Below are positions 35,790 to 49,747 of a stretch of DNA of 64,000 bases, piece by piece. Location: NCBI GenBank assembly GCA_013239625.1, contig MU054400.1:1223146-1287145 (forward strand), written 5' to 3'. Under the pieces are notes generated by a model. It saw only the letters and a list, made by a program, of their open reading frames with translations, did not search any database and was not told where the DNA came from. A program made the position numbers and the translations under genes. Position 1 is the first letter of the stretch. The number at the start of each line of letters is the position of its first letter. Origin of the DNA: Lama guanicoe. Lineage: Eukaryota.

Positions 35790-36049
35790 CTCTAGGCCAG
35801 CCCCTCTATACTACACCATGCCTAGGCAGCCCCTCAAAGAGCTCTCTGCCCCAGCCTTCACCTGGTTACATTCTTAGTGTAAAGAGAGGATGATGGTTTG
35901 CCTGAGGAGGAGACTAGGGGGACTACCCAAAGCTCATGTTGGGGAGGCAGCTCTGCTAAGAGCTCTGGCTGGGCCCAGGCAGGGAGCAGCTCAGAAAAAC
36001 TTAGCCCAGGTGGAGTTCCTCTGGAATTTATCAAATTGCTTAATTAATA

Positions 36050-36250
36050 TCACTTGAACACCTGCTATACGTATGGTGCTAAGTGCTTTATATATATTAT
36101 CTCATTTAATCCTCCTAAAAGACCAAGTAAGGTAAATATCATTTCCTTTTTAAAAAAGAAGAGCCAGATTATATAAAGCAATATGTTCAAAGTCACACCT
36201 TGAAGGTGGCAGCACTAGGATTTGAATCTAATATGCTCATTTTTCCATAC
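36050..36250 (-). mobile_element. MIR
   Basis: gtgctaagtgcttta...attatctcatttaatcctc...ggatttgaatc. Confidence 0.75.
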
Positions 36251-36624
36251 CCTAGCCCTTCCTCAGAGACATCAGATAGAGTCATGAGACTAACAGTACA
36301 TTAGAACTTACACAGCTGTGGGACTGCTGTCATGTAAAGCAGGCACTTGGAAAGCTAATCATGTCTCCAGTGCTCAGCACTCACTTGGAGTCCCTTTTTA
36401 GAATATGGCATGCATGCTTTCTGATCACCGGCCTCCTGTTCAATGAGTTCTCCATAGGAAGAACATATTAGAGCCATTGAAGCAGTCAATAACTCAGGAT
36501 GGAGAGAGAGACTGGCAGGAAGCAACAAGCAAGAAAAAACACTGGGAACCAAGAAAGCTGAGCCCACTAACAAAAAGCAGAGGGCAGTATAAGAAAAGGA
36601 GATAAAAAGGTCTTAGCCACTAAT

Positions 36625-37420
36625 TCAGTTCAGCCCACATTTTAGGGGTACTTATATTCTAGGCACTGTACTGGGTGCTGCAGATACAAAGATACCATGG
36701 TCTTTGCCCATGAAGAGCTCACAGGCCAGTAAGTAAGGCAAGTGAATAAGCAGGTAATTTTAATAACATGCCAAGGGCTAGAACAGAGGTTAGCATATAG
36801 AGTGTTTTAGGTACACAGGACAGAAGTATCTATCCCACCCTGGGGAATTGGGGAACACCTCTTCAAAGAAAGCTGAGGCATGAAGAATGAGTAGGAGGTA
36901 GACATGAACCAGATGAAGAAAAGAATAGGGAACCAAAAGGAAAGAAAGAAGTGGGGAGGAAGACACACATGGCTGTATGGCAGGCAAAAGGAAGAGTTCA
37001 ATTTTGCTGGGATGCTAAATGGTAGGGAGTGAAGTGGCAGTGGATGAGAGAAGGACGGGAGGAAATCAGGAAAGACTTTATAAGTCATGTTCAGGGCTTT
37101 GGACTAACTGGAAATAATGGGGAGCCATTGAAGGATTTTAAGCCCATTGTCAGATTTATACAGACAGATCATTCTGGGAGCAATTTGGAGAAAATAGGAA
37201 GGACTGATTAAATGGAGGTAGGGCAGCAGATAAGACTGCAAGCTGGAAAAAGGCAGTGGGGTTGGAGGAAAGGGGATGGAAAAGAAAAGCACACTGAGTT
37301 CAAACTGCCAGGGCTCAGTGGATGATTGGATCTGGGTTTGAGGGAAAGACCTAGGCAAGGATGACTCCCAGGTTTCTTCCTGACTTGGGTGACTGGGTGA
37401 ATTGTGATGCTACCAAATGA
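36625..37420 (-). mobile_element. L2 fragments
   Basis: ctaggcactgtactgggtgctg...aatggggagccattgaaggattttaag...ggatgactcccaggtttct. Confidence 0.75.
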
Positions 37421-39765
37421 CAGAGGAACAGAAATAAGAGTAAGTTGTAATGATTTTGTTTTATGTAGGGGTGTGTGTATATATATGAAGGGTTGGAGGA
37501 AAGAACACCAAAAGGGGGGCTTGCAGAAGAACACTGACAGCTGAAGTCAGAGAGGCAGGGGGCCAAGGAGAGGCTGATGCCATGGACGCCAGGGAAGGAC
37601 AAGGTTTTGAAAAGGATAACGTGAGGCGGAAGGAATCAGAATCAGAGTTCTGGAGTGGCTCTTACATGATGGGAGAGCCTGGAGGATGGTTGATGCTGGG
37701 GGAAAGAATCAGTGAAGAAGGGTCAGCTGTTTGAAGATTTCGAGAAAGAGAACTCAAGACATACTCTTTGTTCTCTGGTTTGCTGATATTTCAGCAAAAA
37801 TCAAATTTTGTTCTCAACAATAATGGGCCTGATTCTTGGGAAGCTTGAGAATCCCCACAGAGAGACGCCTTCTTCAATAGAGAAGTCCAGCCACGGTCCA
37901 GAGACCAAGGCAGGTATGCTATTTTTTAGAAAGTGTGGGCAAAAGTGGCCTGAAAGCAAGGGATTCTGACCAAGATCTGGCCAACATTGAAATAACAGCA
38001 AGCAGAGGCAAGTGTAGTTGCCCCAAGTTCTGGTTGTACAACAGTTCCCGCTGCCTTAGGTCATCCTCCCAAGGAGATAGCAAAAAGCAGCAAAGACCCT
38101 GGCCTGCACAGATCTAACAGGACCAGCCTGGGAATCTAGGACAGAAGGCAACAGCTTGCATTGAGATTTTTCTAGAACCTGGAACACCTGCTCCACCAAC
38201 CATAAATATCCAGCAGAGGTTCAATCTCAGAACCTATACTCTGAGCGATCATGATTATGTGGTGATCATGATTTCTCACTCTTAAAAACCTTCAATAATA
38301 TTTTCTGCAAAAACAGAGTCAAACTAAAGAATCATTTGACTTAATTATTAACCCATCCCTCGGATATAGTAATGGAGTCAGTCAACTGCATGTCTCCACT
38401 GTGAGAAAAGTTAAAATGCTCAGTTAGAGTTGATATAGATCCTAGTTCTTCTGTCTCCTGCATCCAAACACGAGAAGCTATGTGTGAGCGGGCAGAGCAC
38501 TGCGGTACAGGAAAGCCAGGCTTACACTAGGGCACAGGACTGGCAAATTCAATGAAGTTGGACTGACTTCTCGTGAAACCTTGACCTTGGGGGCCTATTG
38601 CATTTTGAAAAAAAAATTATGTTTGGAAGATGAAGAGACTGTGTTTGGCTATTTACAAAAATAGGTCTGTGGCTGCTGCCAGACTTGAATGAAAGTTTTA
38701 TGCCATCTGATTGATGCATTTGAAACAACCCAATAAACTGAATAAGCTGATTTTTTTTGCTATGAAAAGAATGCTTGTTCTGTAGAGTTAAATCTTAGTT
38801 ACAATTAGAAAGGAAACTCCAAAAGTTCCTATGTCTCCTGGCAGGGGAATAGCACTTTTTCTTCACTCCACAACCTTGTGGCAGTCAGAAAGTTAGTTAC
38901 AAGCCCTCAAATCTAGGCTTCTAGGAAGCACAGAATAGCCATTTTCAGGAGTATTTTGGTTTTACATGTTCACCTAATTTCACAGGCAGTAGAAATCTGT
39001 CTTGTTCATATATGACTTCCATTCTTCCCTTACTCCTTCTTTTACGCCAATGAAATCCTAAGCATTGGATCCTTTGGTGATTTTACCCTATTGCAACATT
39101 TAAGAGAGTAGTTTTCAACTCCCTGTTACATCCAGGTGGGACTAAGACAAGCTCTCTCTCTAAATAGGAGAACTGATGGTCTATGGAAAGAACTCCAAAA
39201 TCCTGGACCCCAGCCTACAGTCAACCCTGGGCTGCTCTGGATTCTGAGAGAATTTTGCCACCCACCCCACCTCTGGCCCAGCTCCAGCCAGCTGCAGATT
39301 GTCTGACTCGAGCTGCTTCGACACACTGATGTTATCGGCCTCGTAGTGCCTGGAGCATGCAGATAGGAACAGGCAGTGGCGCCATCTCACCGGACGTAGT
39401 AATGTAATTTAGTTTCCGAAATCCAAGTATAAAATCTTGAAAGCTGATGTTTTTTATCTACCTCAGGAGGGGGTGATGGTGTGGAATTCCCAGCAGAACC
39501 ATCTAAATAGGGAAATGGCTTCTGTCATGTATTAATAAATAGTTCAAAACAATGGAAAAACACACAGGGAGGATTTGTAGGGAAAGTAAGTGCCTAGTCT
39601 TTCCTGCCTCCTCTCTCCTTCCTCTGAGCTGTAAGGACCCCCCTATTTGTGTGGACCCCAGGCTGGGGCTAGAAGTGCCTCTCCTGAGCACTCTCTTGAG
39701 AGTCCCCTGACCTAGGGAGATGAAACAGGCACCAGCCCCCCCGAAGGCATGCCATGGCAGTTTGG

Positions 39766-40115
39766 GTGGGTCTCAGCTAGCCCTTTTTTTTTTTGAATGG
39801 AGTTATTCAGACCAGGCTGAGAATGGTGGCAAAGAAGCAGTCACTTGCCTTCCCTTCCATTTCCCCAACCTCACCTCATGCACTCTTCCCCTAGCATCCC
39901 TGGTCTTCTTTGCTCCTTGTGGGGCATCAAGATCATCCCAGTGGGTCTCAGCTAGCCCTTTTTTTTTTTTGAATGGAGTTATTCAGACCAGGCTGAGAAT
40001 GGTGGCAAAGAAGCAGTCACTTGCCTTCCCTTCCATTTCCCCAACCTCACCTCATGCACTCTTCCCCTAGCATCCCTGGTCTTCTTTGCTCCTTGTGGGG
40101 CATCAAGATCATCCC
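39766..40115 (+). repeat. Direct tandem duplication, two units of ~175 bp
   Basis: Units 39766-39939 and 39941-40115 are identical except for a T11 versus T12 run. Confidence 0.95.
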
Positions 40116-43100
40116 CATCTCATTCTCCCCTTCTGGCTAGATTGTGTCCTTTATGGCTCAGCTGACACATTACCCTTTGAAAGTAGCTTCCCATGAATAC
40201 CAGGTTAGGTTTGGTCCCTCTACAACATACTCTCATAACCCCTCCCTCCATACTTTTTTTTCCATATATTTATCAAATTTTACTTATTAATGATTATTTG
40301 TATAATTTATTTAATAAATATTCACGAAAGCAAGGACCATGCCTGCCTCCACTGTGTACTCCCAGTGCCTAGCACAGAGAATGAACAGCCAGATTCTAAT
40401 AACAAACAGGTTGCTTCTATTTGGTTTGAAGCCACAGCAAAGATATTTCTGTAACAGAAAGGTGGCAGAACTCTGCTGGCCTGCCAGGCTGTGCCAGGAC
40501 CTCGTCTACCAGCGTCCCAGACAGATGCCGCACTGTGTGGTCTTTGTAGGGCCACTTCACCTATGTAAGCCTCTGGCCAGGGGATGAAAGATTACCCTCT
40601 AGGAAGTTATTTTGGAAAGCAGCCAAAGTAGGAATCCCCCAAATCCTCACTCACTTGCTCACCTGAAGGCTTGGCCTAGTTAAAAACCCACTTAAGATCC
40701 ATGGCCAAAGCAGCAATTCAATTCCAAGTCCACTTCTCGTGGGGACTGATTGCTACTGGTTGAGCATTCACAGCTTTCTTTGTGACTCAAGGGCCAGGCT
40801 CAGATTTTGCCTGCAGATACACACTCCCACCACCAAATGAGTATGGCCCAATTCTACTGTGAAGTATCAGAGGAGTGGGCAGCCAGCTCAGAATCCAAAC
40901 CATCAGGAAATCCTTTGGAGGGAGCTAGGGGTGGGGCTGCTCTGTCCCTCTGTCCAGAGTGCTTTCTGACAACCTGGGGCTTGCAGCCAAGTTTACCAGT
41001 CAGTGAACCACCCAAGGCAGGGGAGCTCTTGGGAGTTCAGACATAAGGGCAAGGAGATGGAAAAGAAAAACACAAGAAATCTCCCTGAATAGTAAGCACA
41101 ACCTCTGGCTGGCCTGTGGATTCCAGTTTTGCCTATGAGTTGCACTGACTTTGAGTCTAGACAGGTCGTTTCACTGTCTGAGCTCCCTTGTCTGTTTTTA
41201 TTCAGGCCCTGAGATTCTAGGAGCCTCCAGGGCACAGAGTAAATGAGTTGTCCCAGGTCAATGCCAGATGGCAGCCCTGGGATTAGAATTCATGGGCCCT
41301 TCTTTCCAGCCAGCTGCTCCCTCCCCTGAGTCCTGAACTGTTTCTTCTTCTGAATGCTCAGGATTGTATTCAATTTAGTAAGGTTTGTGGTCACATAATC
41401 ACTGCTCCTAAGTAAAACAATGACTACAGAGCATCCGCTGTGAGGAAGGCAAACATGGGGGCACCTTTGCCCCTGAGAGAACAGCCAAAAACAAGCTCTG
41501 GCTGAGGTTAGGCCTGTTCTACTTGAACAAAAACCAACACAAACAACTCTCTTGGGGTCTGGCAGAGTCCTCATCTGTTCTCATTTCTTCTCCAGGCTTC
41601 CCTGTATGTCAAAAGCTTGTGCTTAAGGACCTCTCCTAGAAGCTGGAATACACTGTTTTCAGGGGCAGGAGAGGGGCCAGGCTGAGGGACATTCTGTATC
41701 CAGATCCTCTAAGCATCTTTTCATCCATAAACTAGTTACGACATTGTTAATGCTCCCATCTCCAGGAGGGTAGCCAGCTACACCTCTTCAGGTGAGGGAG
41801 GGCAGCCCTAGTCCTTCTAGCCCAAACTGCGAGGTCCACTCATACCTCAGCGAATGCCAAATGTTCTTTTCTCCTCCCTGCCCTTCCCTGTCCCATTGTG
41901 ACTGGCTGGTGCTGAGAGAGGGAGCCTGCAGCTGTTCTCCAGTGGTTTCACTATTGCTAGGGCACCCATTTCTTTGACCAGCAAGTTCTCTGAAGATAAG
42001 GCAAGTAATGGCCTTTGGGCTCAGACACTGCCTTCAATAAGGGACCCAGGAGCCTAAGAGAGGTGAAGGAAGCAATGGGGGAGAGCCTTGTACAAGGCCC
42101 AGAGCAGGGCTGGTTGGAAGGGATTGGATCCTGAGTGCTTTCCCTCAGGCTCAATGCAGCCCTTCCCTCGTCACTCAGCAGCCCAGGCAATCAAAGTGCA
42201 TAGTAACTTCATTTGCTGGCTCTGATTCATTTAGTCATGAAACAGGCCTGGAGGTAGAGGAGGAAGTTTTAACTAGAAAATCCAGTCGCTAGTAGATGAT
42301 AATGATTCCTCTGCCCTTCTAGACTCCTCACACACACCCCACCTCTAGATGATTTGGGGAACAGGGAAGGAAACCCCTCTATGTGCTAATTTAACTCCTC
42401 TCTTCCCAGAGGCCAAGTGCCTGTCTAGGATCAAGGGTGACAGGCTGTTTCATTTCTGCTTCTACTTGCTACACCTGCCCTCACACTGAACCATTTCCCT
42501 ACCCCACTCCACCTTATGTCAATGCCCTACTCCTAAAAAAGGTGTCTTTCAAGCAAGTGTACTCCCACTGCCAGGTAACGGTACAGTAATGGCTCATGAA
42601 AGGTTCTAGCTTCAGGCCTTGAAACCTGCTCAGTGCTTCCCCTCAGTTTCCTTTCCCTCATATCCCCCCTGACAGATCGCAGAGGGGAACACAGGGGTAT
42701 TAGAGACAAAGGCTGTTTTAACATTTCTTGTTCCACTACATTCTTACCACCTTAGCCCTCTTACCTAGAATCCTACAGCCTTGTGGCATCAGGGTGACAG
42801 ACCCTGAGCAGGGACAGCTCAGGAGATGACATGCTTGCCTTAAAGATGGTGCCCTCAGAAAAGAGCTCAGTCAGATTAGATGTGTATGGGGAGAGAGGTG
42901 GGGCAGGAGCTGGAGGGGATAAAGGGGAGTCCCTGGATCCATAGGACTAATTGTGGAAGGAGAAGAGGCCAGGCTCCTTTCACAGCTAGAGACGTGTGCA
43001 GGAAGGCTATTCAAAATCAGATACGCAGGCTTGTAAGCCTTAAGGACTCAGGCACCTAGGCTTTTTGGACCTGGCAGACTGGGCTTCTCTAGGAGCTATC

Positions 43101-43897
43101 CAGGGTTCTGAACTGCCTCCACCTGAAGACCTGGGTGACTTTGGACAAGGGCCCTGCTTGTCAGCTAATGCAGACCTTAAATGCTGCTGGCTGCTCTCTG
43201 CTCATTCCTGATACCAACTACCTGCTTGGACCCATGGCCCGCATGGCCTGAAGTAGTATCAGCATGACTCTAATCACTCTTGACGGCTGCAGCCTGGGCT
43301 TCAGGCCAGCAGCCTGACTCCCTGGCCAGCTTTTCAACAAGGGGTGAGTTTGAGGATATCGATGTGTGTGAAAAAATATCTCCCAGTTCCTGTGGAAGCT
43401 CAAGAATAAATGAGCCTGGCTCAGGAACAAGGTGGCCATAGGGAAGGAAGAGAGTTCTCCATGTGACACATCCTCAGACAGCTCAGCAGCTCTTCCCTTC
43501 AGCTCAGTGGCCACTGCACACATGTGCTCACACAGGCACACACATACACAAATGCCAGATTCTCCGTACTGTTACTGCAGAGCCTGTGTGCTGCAGAAAA
43601 GAGAGAGTCTCCTCTGTCTGCACTTGAGTAGAATGCACCTGCTTTGTTCCCAGCATGGATATTACAGAAATTTGGCAAAGAGCACCAAAACTTAAATTTA
43701 AAAAGTAAAGTATTTTTTTCTGAATTCAAACAGAATTCATGGTCATTGCAAAAACTTCAGACAAGCAGAAAAGAAGAAGAAAAAAATCATCATCCTTTAT
43801 CCTACCATCCAGAGGTATATCATTGTTAATCTCCTGGTACATAGCCTGGTTCTTTGTGAATGTTGTGCACATGTGCACATGCATATGAGTGTTGGTA

Positions 43898-44135
43898 AGA
43901 GGCAGTATAATGCAGTGGTGAACAGCATCAGTAAGTTCTACCTCTGCCATTTACTTACCTGTGTGGTCTTGATCAAATTTCTAATATCTCTGGGTCTGTT
44001 TTTCATCTTTAACATGGGGAAAATAATAGTACCCATCTCATAGGGCTATTGGGAGGATTAAATGGACAAATGTATAAAAAGTGCTTAGCACAGCCCCTGA
44101 CACGTGGTAAGCAGTAAATAAAGGGTAGCTATTAT
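43898..44135 (+). mobile_element. MIR
   Basis: gaggcagtataatgcagtgg...ctctgccatttactt...catctttaacatgggga...aaagtgcttagcacag. Confidence 0.8.
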
Positions 44136-45159
44136 TACACATACATACACCCTCACAGAAATCAATCTGTAATACTATTTAATGTCTAGTTTAAAAACAC
44201 GGATTATTCCCCATCTCAGATAAAAGCTGAACAGAGGATGAATAAGTTCACTTTACTTCATTTCCTGACTGGCCTGACTTTCTAGGCCCCTGTGGGGATA
44301 AGCTGGGATTTGGGAAAGAGAATGGTCTTCTAGCTCAAGAAGGTAAAAAGCAGTCCTTGATCCAGGGCTTCTAGCTTTCAGCCTGAGTTCTGCAGCCAGG
44401 AGATGGCAGGGGCTTTCTTCTGGTCAAGGTCCTCTCCTCTTCTTGAGCTTTGGGCCCCAGCCCTGTGGCCCACTAGCTCTGGCCAGCACTTTCTGCCTCT
44501 CTGCCCTGGAGTGTCCCACTCTCCTCCAGGGGCTCCTTCCTCTTGGCACCCACATAAGTCCGTTAACCTCGGTTGTGCAAGCCTGCTTCCTCACTGAGTC
44601 CTGGCCATTTGATTCCTGTATCAACCGCCCCCACCTCACCATACCTGCTCTTCTATCACTGTTCTCTTTGAGGTCAGCCCTGAGCTCCTCGTCAAAATGG
44701 TCTTTTCTCAGGTGATCTTCCTTCACCTTTCAGTATCATTGGACAGTGCTGACCAGGTCTTTATAGAAATTCTATTTTCTCTTGGCTTTTATAAAAACAT
44801 TCTGTCCCATCTGTTTTGACCACCCTCCCCACGGTTCCTCTTCTCATGCTCTAGACATGAGTATCCTTCTCCGTAAGGTCACTGGCTCTCTTGCCACACT
44901 GTCTCTTCTGGCATGTGGAAATATAAGTAACATAAACTTATTATTTCAATTAATATCTCTGGGTTTTTACTCCCAAATCTATGTCTCTATCTCTGACCAC
45001 TTTCTTAAGTTCCAGACTCACATTTCCAACTGCCGATTATTTCCACTGATGTCAAACCTTCCCCCCTAGCCTAGTTCTTCCTGTTAATTATCCTCATTTT
45101 GTTAATGACACAATCACTTTCTCAGTTAAATAAACTAAAAAAAAAGGGGGTCATTTAAA

Positions 45160-46240
45160 AAAACTTTTTATTTTGAAATAACTTGTTTATAGAAGAGTTA
45201 TGAAGACACTACAGAGAGTCCTTGGATGCCCTTCACCCAACTCCTCCTAACGTTAGCATCTCACAAAGCCATGCTATGTTGATGAAATCAATACTCTTCA
45301 CTAAAGTACAGACTCTATGCAAATTTCTCCAGTTTTTCCATCAATATCCCTTTTCCTGTTCCAGGATCTATATTGCATTTCACTGACATGTCTTCATGGT
45401 CGCCTGAGTTTCTCAGTCATTTCTTCACTTTCAAGACCTTGACTTTTGAGCAGTACTGGTCAGATATGTTCTAGAATGTTCCTTCAGATTGGATTTGCCT
45501 AGTGTTTTCCCATGATCAGACTGAGGTTATGGGGTTTTCCAGGAAGAATATCACATAGGTGATGCATCCTCATCACAGCATATCAGGAGGTACATGACTT
45601 ACTGCTGGTGATGTTAACTTCAATCACTTAGGGTGATGTTTGCCAGGTTTCTCCACTATAGAGTTATTATTTTTCTCTTATTCTGACTGTATTCTATTAG
45701 TCAGAAGCAAGTAATTAAGTACAGGTCACACTCAAGGGAAGTGTGAAATTAAGTTCCACTTCCTGGAAGGAGGAGGATCAAAGAATTTGTGAATATATGT
45801 TAAAACTACTACAATAAATAATATGTATTTTGGGAGAGATTCTGATAGGCCATGCAAATATCTTGTTTCTCCTTAAAGTTTTATCTACCAGTTTTAGCAA
45901 TCAGTGAATCTTTCCACTGGCAATTATTACTATGATGTTCTAATGGCAATTTTAAAATGTCCCTCATTCTTTCTATAAATATATGTAAACTTTAAAATAA
46001 ATTTTATAAACTTCTAAAAACATAAAATATTGGCGTTCTTCTGAAAGGAAGATTTGTCCCTTCTCCCCAGTTTATTTATTTATTCAATAATTTACTTTTA
46101 TCTGTATGGATTAATGTCTATTTATTTTCTTTGGGGAGTTATAATCCAGTGCAATAGTTATTTATGCTTTTGTTCAAACTGTTTCAGTTTTGGCCACGGG
46201 GAGCTCTTTCAAGTTGGCTTCTGTCTCTTTTTGACCTGCC
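45160..46240 (-). mobile_element. L1MC-family 3' UTR fragment
   Basis: ttttattttgaaataa...cccttcacccaa...ttccaggatc...ggtgatgttaacttcaatcact...tttggccacggggagctctttca. Confidence 0.75.
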
Positions 46241-46360
46241 TCTGGGGTCATTTTGACCCACTTCTTTTCCCTTTATTCTTCAAGCAAGCTAATTATGAAC
46301 CTATGGTAACACTGTCTTCAAAATATCTAACATTCATCTTTTTTTTAATAAAAATTCTCT

Positions 46361-46414
46361 GGAATTTGACACAACATTGTAAAATGAATATAACTCAATA
46401 AAAAAATGTTTTAA
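46361..46414 (+). mobile_element. Very short (~55 bp) young L1 3' end
   Basis: ggaatttgacacaacattgtaaaatga...caataaaaa is the reverse complement of the 34.6/58.1 kb element ends; TSD AAAAATTCTCT at 46350-46360 and 46415-46425. Confidence 0.8.
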
Positions 46415-47194
46415 AAAAATTCTCTCAGCCAACGTCTTGCTTCAGGTCTTTATCAGCTTATTCCAGGCCCACTGCAGTGGTGACCCACTCATCACTCCAA
46501 CTTGTGTCTTCTTCCTCCAACTCATCCTGTGCATTACATTACTCTTCTGGGAATTAAACACTGCTCTGATTACAGTATGCCCTTGTTCAAGGCCCTTTAA
46601 TGGCTCCCACCACTTAAAAACTCCTTGACCTGACATTCAATAGTTTTAACAACATTTTGCCAATCTGGCTGCTTTTCCAATTGCTCATCTTTCCAAATCC
46701 TTTGTTCCCTTTGCTCCAGCTGTCAGCCCTGTATGCAGATGCCTTCCAATTTCTGTCTCTAGTTCTAACTAGTATATCATTTTAAGCCATTAAAATTTTT
46801 GTATTGATTTCTTTATCTTACAAAAGTAATACATGTTCAATGGGGAAAATTGAAACAATACAGAAGCAGTTAAAATAGAAAATGAGTTTCTACTCTCCTC
46901 TGCCCTCTGGCTTCCTCAGGTTGGTTAAGAATGACATGGCCTTTCCAGATTGTTCAGTATCTCTCCTATCTACCCGTTAAGTTGCTACATCATAGCAAAC
47001 AGATGAAGACACATGCTTCTTGACTTAAGGGTTTATAATGCAAATCAGAAACGGTTAAATTCAGAAAAATACAGATCTTTATGTTTGTATTGCTCTTACA
47101 TTTTCAAAGCTTTTTTCTTAATATTGTCTCTTTTGTCTCTGACAATCCCAAGAGATAAAAGCACCACCTTGTTATTATTGTTATTATTATTAAG

Positions 47195-47322
47195 AATTTT
47201 AAAGAGCAGTTTTAGGTTCACAGCAAGACTGAGGGGAAGGTATAGAGATGTCCCATATACCCCCTGCTCCCTCATATGCACAGCCAGCCTCTTGCTTTAT
47301 CAACATCCCCACCAGCGTGGTA
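47195..47322 (-). mobile_element. L1MC1-like 3' end, left part (split by Tigger1)
   Basis: agagcagttttaggttcacagcaa...cccatataccccctg...ttatcaacatccccaccag..tggTA. Confidence 0.8.
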
Positions 47323-49745
47323 CAGGCTTACCTCTTTTATTGTGCTTCACTTAATTATGCTTCGCAGATATTGTTTTTTTTACAAATTGGTTTGTGGCAA
47401 CCTTGCATCAAGCGAGTCTATTGGCACCATTTTTCCAACAGCATTTGACCACTTCATGTCTCTGTCATATTTTGGTAATTCTCACAATATTTCAAACATT
47501 TTCATTTTTATTGTATTTATTATGGTGATCTGTTATTGTTATATTTATTATGGTGATCTGTGATCAGTGATCTTTGATGCTATTATTGTAATTGTTTTGG
47601 GGCACCACAAACTACACCCATATAAGACGATGAACTTAATCAATAAACGTTCTGTGTGTTCTGACTGCTCCACAGACTGGCCATTCCCCTGTCTCTCTCT
47701 CTCTCTCCTCTACCTATTCCTTAAGACACAAAAATTCTGAAATTACACTGATTAATAATCCTACAATGGCCTGTACATATTTCAGTAAAAGGAAGAGTCA
47801 CACGTCTCTCAGTTTAAATGAAAAGCTAGAAAGATTAAGCTTAGTGAGGAAGGCATGTTGAGATAGGCTAAAAGCTAGGCCTCTTGCCTCAAAGAGTTAG
47901 CCAAGTTGTGACTGCGAAGGAAAAGTTCTTGAAGGAAATTAAAAGTGCTACTCCAGTGAACACAGGAATGATAAGAATGTGAAACAGCATTACTGATGAT
48001 ATGAGGTAGTTTTACTGGTCTGGATAGAAAATTAAACCAACCACAACATTCCCTTAAGCCAAAGCCTGATCCAGAGCAAGGCCCTAACACTCTATTCAAT
48101 TCAGTGAAGGCTGAGAGAGGTGAGGAAGCTGCAGAAGAAATGTTTGAAGCTAGCAGAGGTTGCATCATAAGGTTTAAGGAAAGAAGCCATCTCCAGAACA
48201 TAAAAGTGCAAGGTGAAGCGGCAAATGCTGGTGTAGAGCCTGCAGCAAGTCATCCAGAAGACCTAGCTAAGATAATTAATGAAGGGGGCTACATTAAACA
48301 ACAGATTTTCCATGTAGATAAAACAACCTTATATTGGAAGTAGATGCCAACTATGACTTTCATAGCTCGTGAGGAGAAGTCAATGCTTGGCTTTAAAGCT
48401 TCATAGGACAAGCTGACTCTCTTGTTAGGGGCTAATGCAGCTGCTGACTCTAAGTTGAAGCCAGTGCTCATTCACCATTCTGAAAATCCTGGGGCCCTTA
48501 AGACTTATGTTAAACCTACTCTACCTGTGATCTATAAATGGAACAAGAAAGCCTGGATGCCAGCACATTTGTTGACAACATAGTTTACTGAATATTTTAA
48601 GCCCACTGTTAAGATCTACTACTCAGAAAAAAAGATTTCTTTCAAAATTCTACCGCTCACTGACAGTGCACCTGACCACCGAAGAGCTCTAATGGAGATG
48701 TAGAACAAAATTTTAGTGTTGTTTTCATGCCTGCTAACACAACATCCATTCTGCAGTCCATGGATCAAGGAGTAATTTTGACTTTCAAGTCTCATTATTT
48801 AAGAAATACAGTTTGTGAGGCTACAGCTGCCATAGAGAGTGATTCCTCTGATGGACCTGGGCAGAATAAACTGGAAACTTTCTGGAAAGGATTCACTATT
48901 TAAAATGCCATTAAGAATATTTGTGATTCATGGGAAGAGGTCAAATTATCAACATTAACAGGAGTTTGGAAGAAGTTGATTCCAACCTTCATGGACAACT
49001 CTGAGGGGTTAAAGATTTCAGTGGAGAAAGTAAATGCAGATGGGGTGAAAATAGCAAGAGAAATAGAATTACAAGTGGGACCTGAAGATGTAACTGAATT
49101 GCTGCAATCTCATGATAAAGCTTTAACAGATGAGGAGTTGCTTCTTATGGGTGAGCAAAGAAAGTGGTTTCTTGAGATGGAATCTATTCCTGGTGAAGAT
49201 GCTTTGAAGATTGCTGATACGGCAACAAAGGACTTATAATATTACATGAACTTAGTTGATAAAGCAGCGGTAGGGTTTGAGAAGACTGACTCCAATTTTG
49301 AAAGAAGTTCTACAGTGGGTAAAATGCTATCAAACAGTATTGCATGCTACAGAGAAACTGTGAAAGGAAGAGTCCATTAATGCAGCAAATTTCATTATTG
49401 TCTTATTTTAAGAAACTTCCACAGTCATCCCAACCTTCAGTGACCACCACCCTGATCAGTCAGTAGCCGTCAACACCAAGGCAAGATCCTCCACCAGCAA
49501 AAAAGATTGACTCGCTGAAGGCTCAGATGGTGGCTACCATTTTTTAGCAATAAAGTATTTTTAAATTAAGATATGCACTTTTTTAGACATAATGCTATTG
49601 CACAATTAATAGACTACAGCATAATGTAAATATAACTTTAATATGCACTGGGAAACCAAAAAGTTTGTGTAACTCACTTTATTGTGATATTTGCTTTATT
49701 ACAGTGGTTTGAAACTGAACCCACAATATCTCCAAGGTATGTCTG
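47323..49745 (+). mobile_element. Full-length Tigger1 (TcMar/pogo DNA transposon, 2423 bp) with a decayed transposase
   Basis: Terminal inverted repeats caggcttacctc...aaggtatgtctg; TA duplications at 47321-47322 and 49746-49747; transposase ATG ~47766 broken by stops, with fragments 48104-48343 ([18 protein letters not shown]) and 48976-49239. Confidence 0.95.
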
Positions 49746-49747
49746 TA

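Noticed and set aside
37740..39200. Unique-looking intronic stretch that might hide an exon or ancient element
   Set aside because: No convincing ORF, splice-site pair or recognisable family; needs a database search.
47766..49380. Tigger transposase as a functional TIGD-like gene
   Set aside because: Multiple stops and frameshifts; only ~80-aa fragments stay open.
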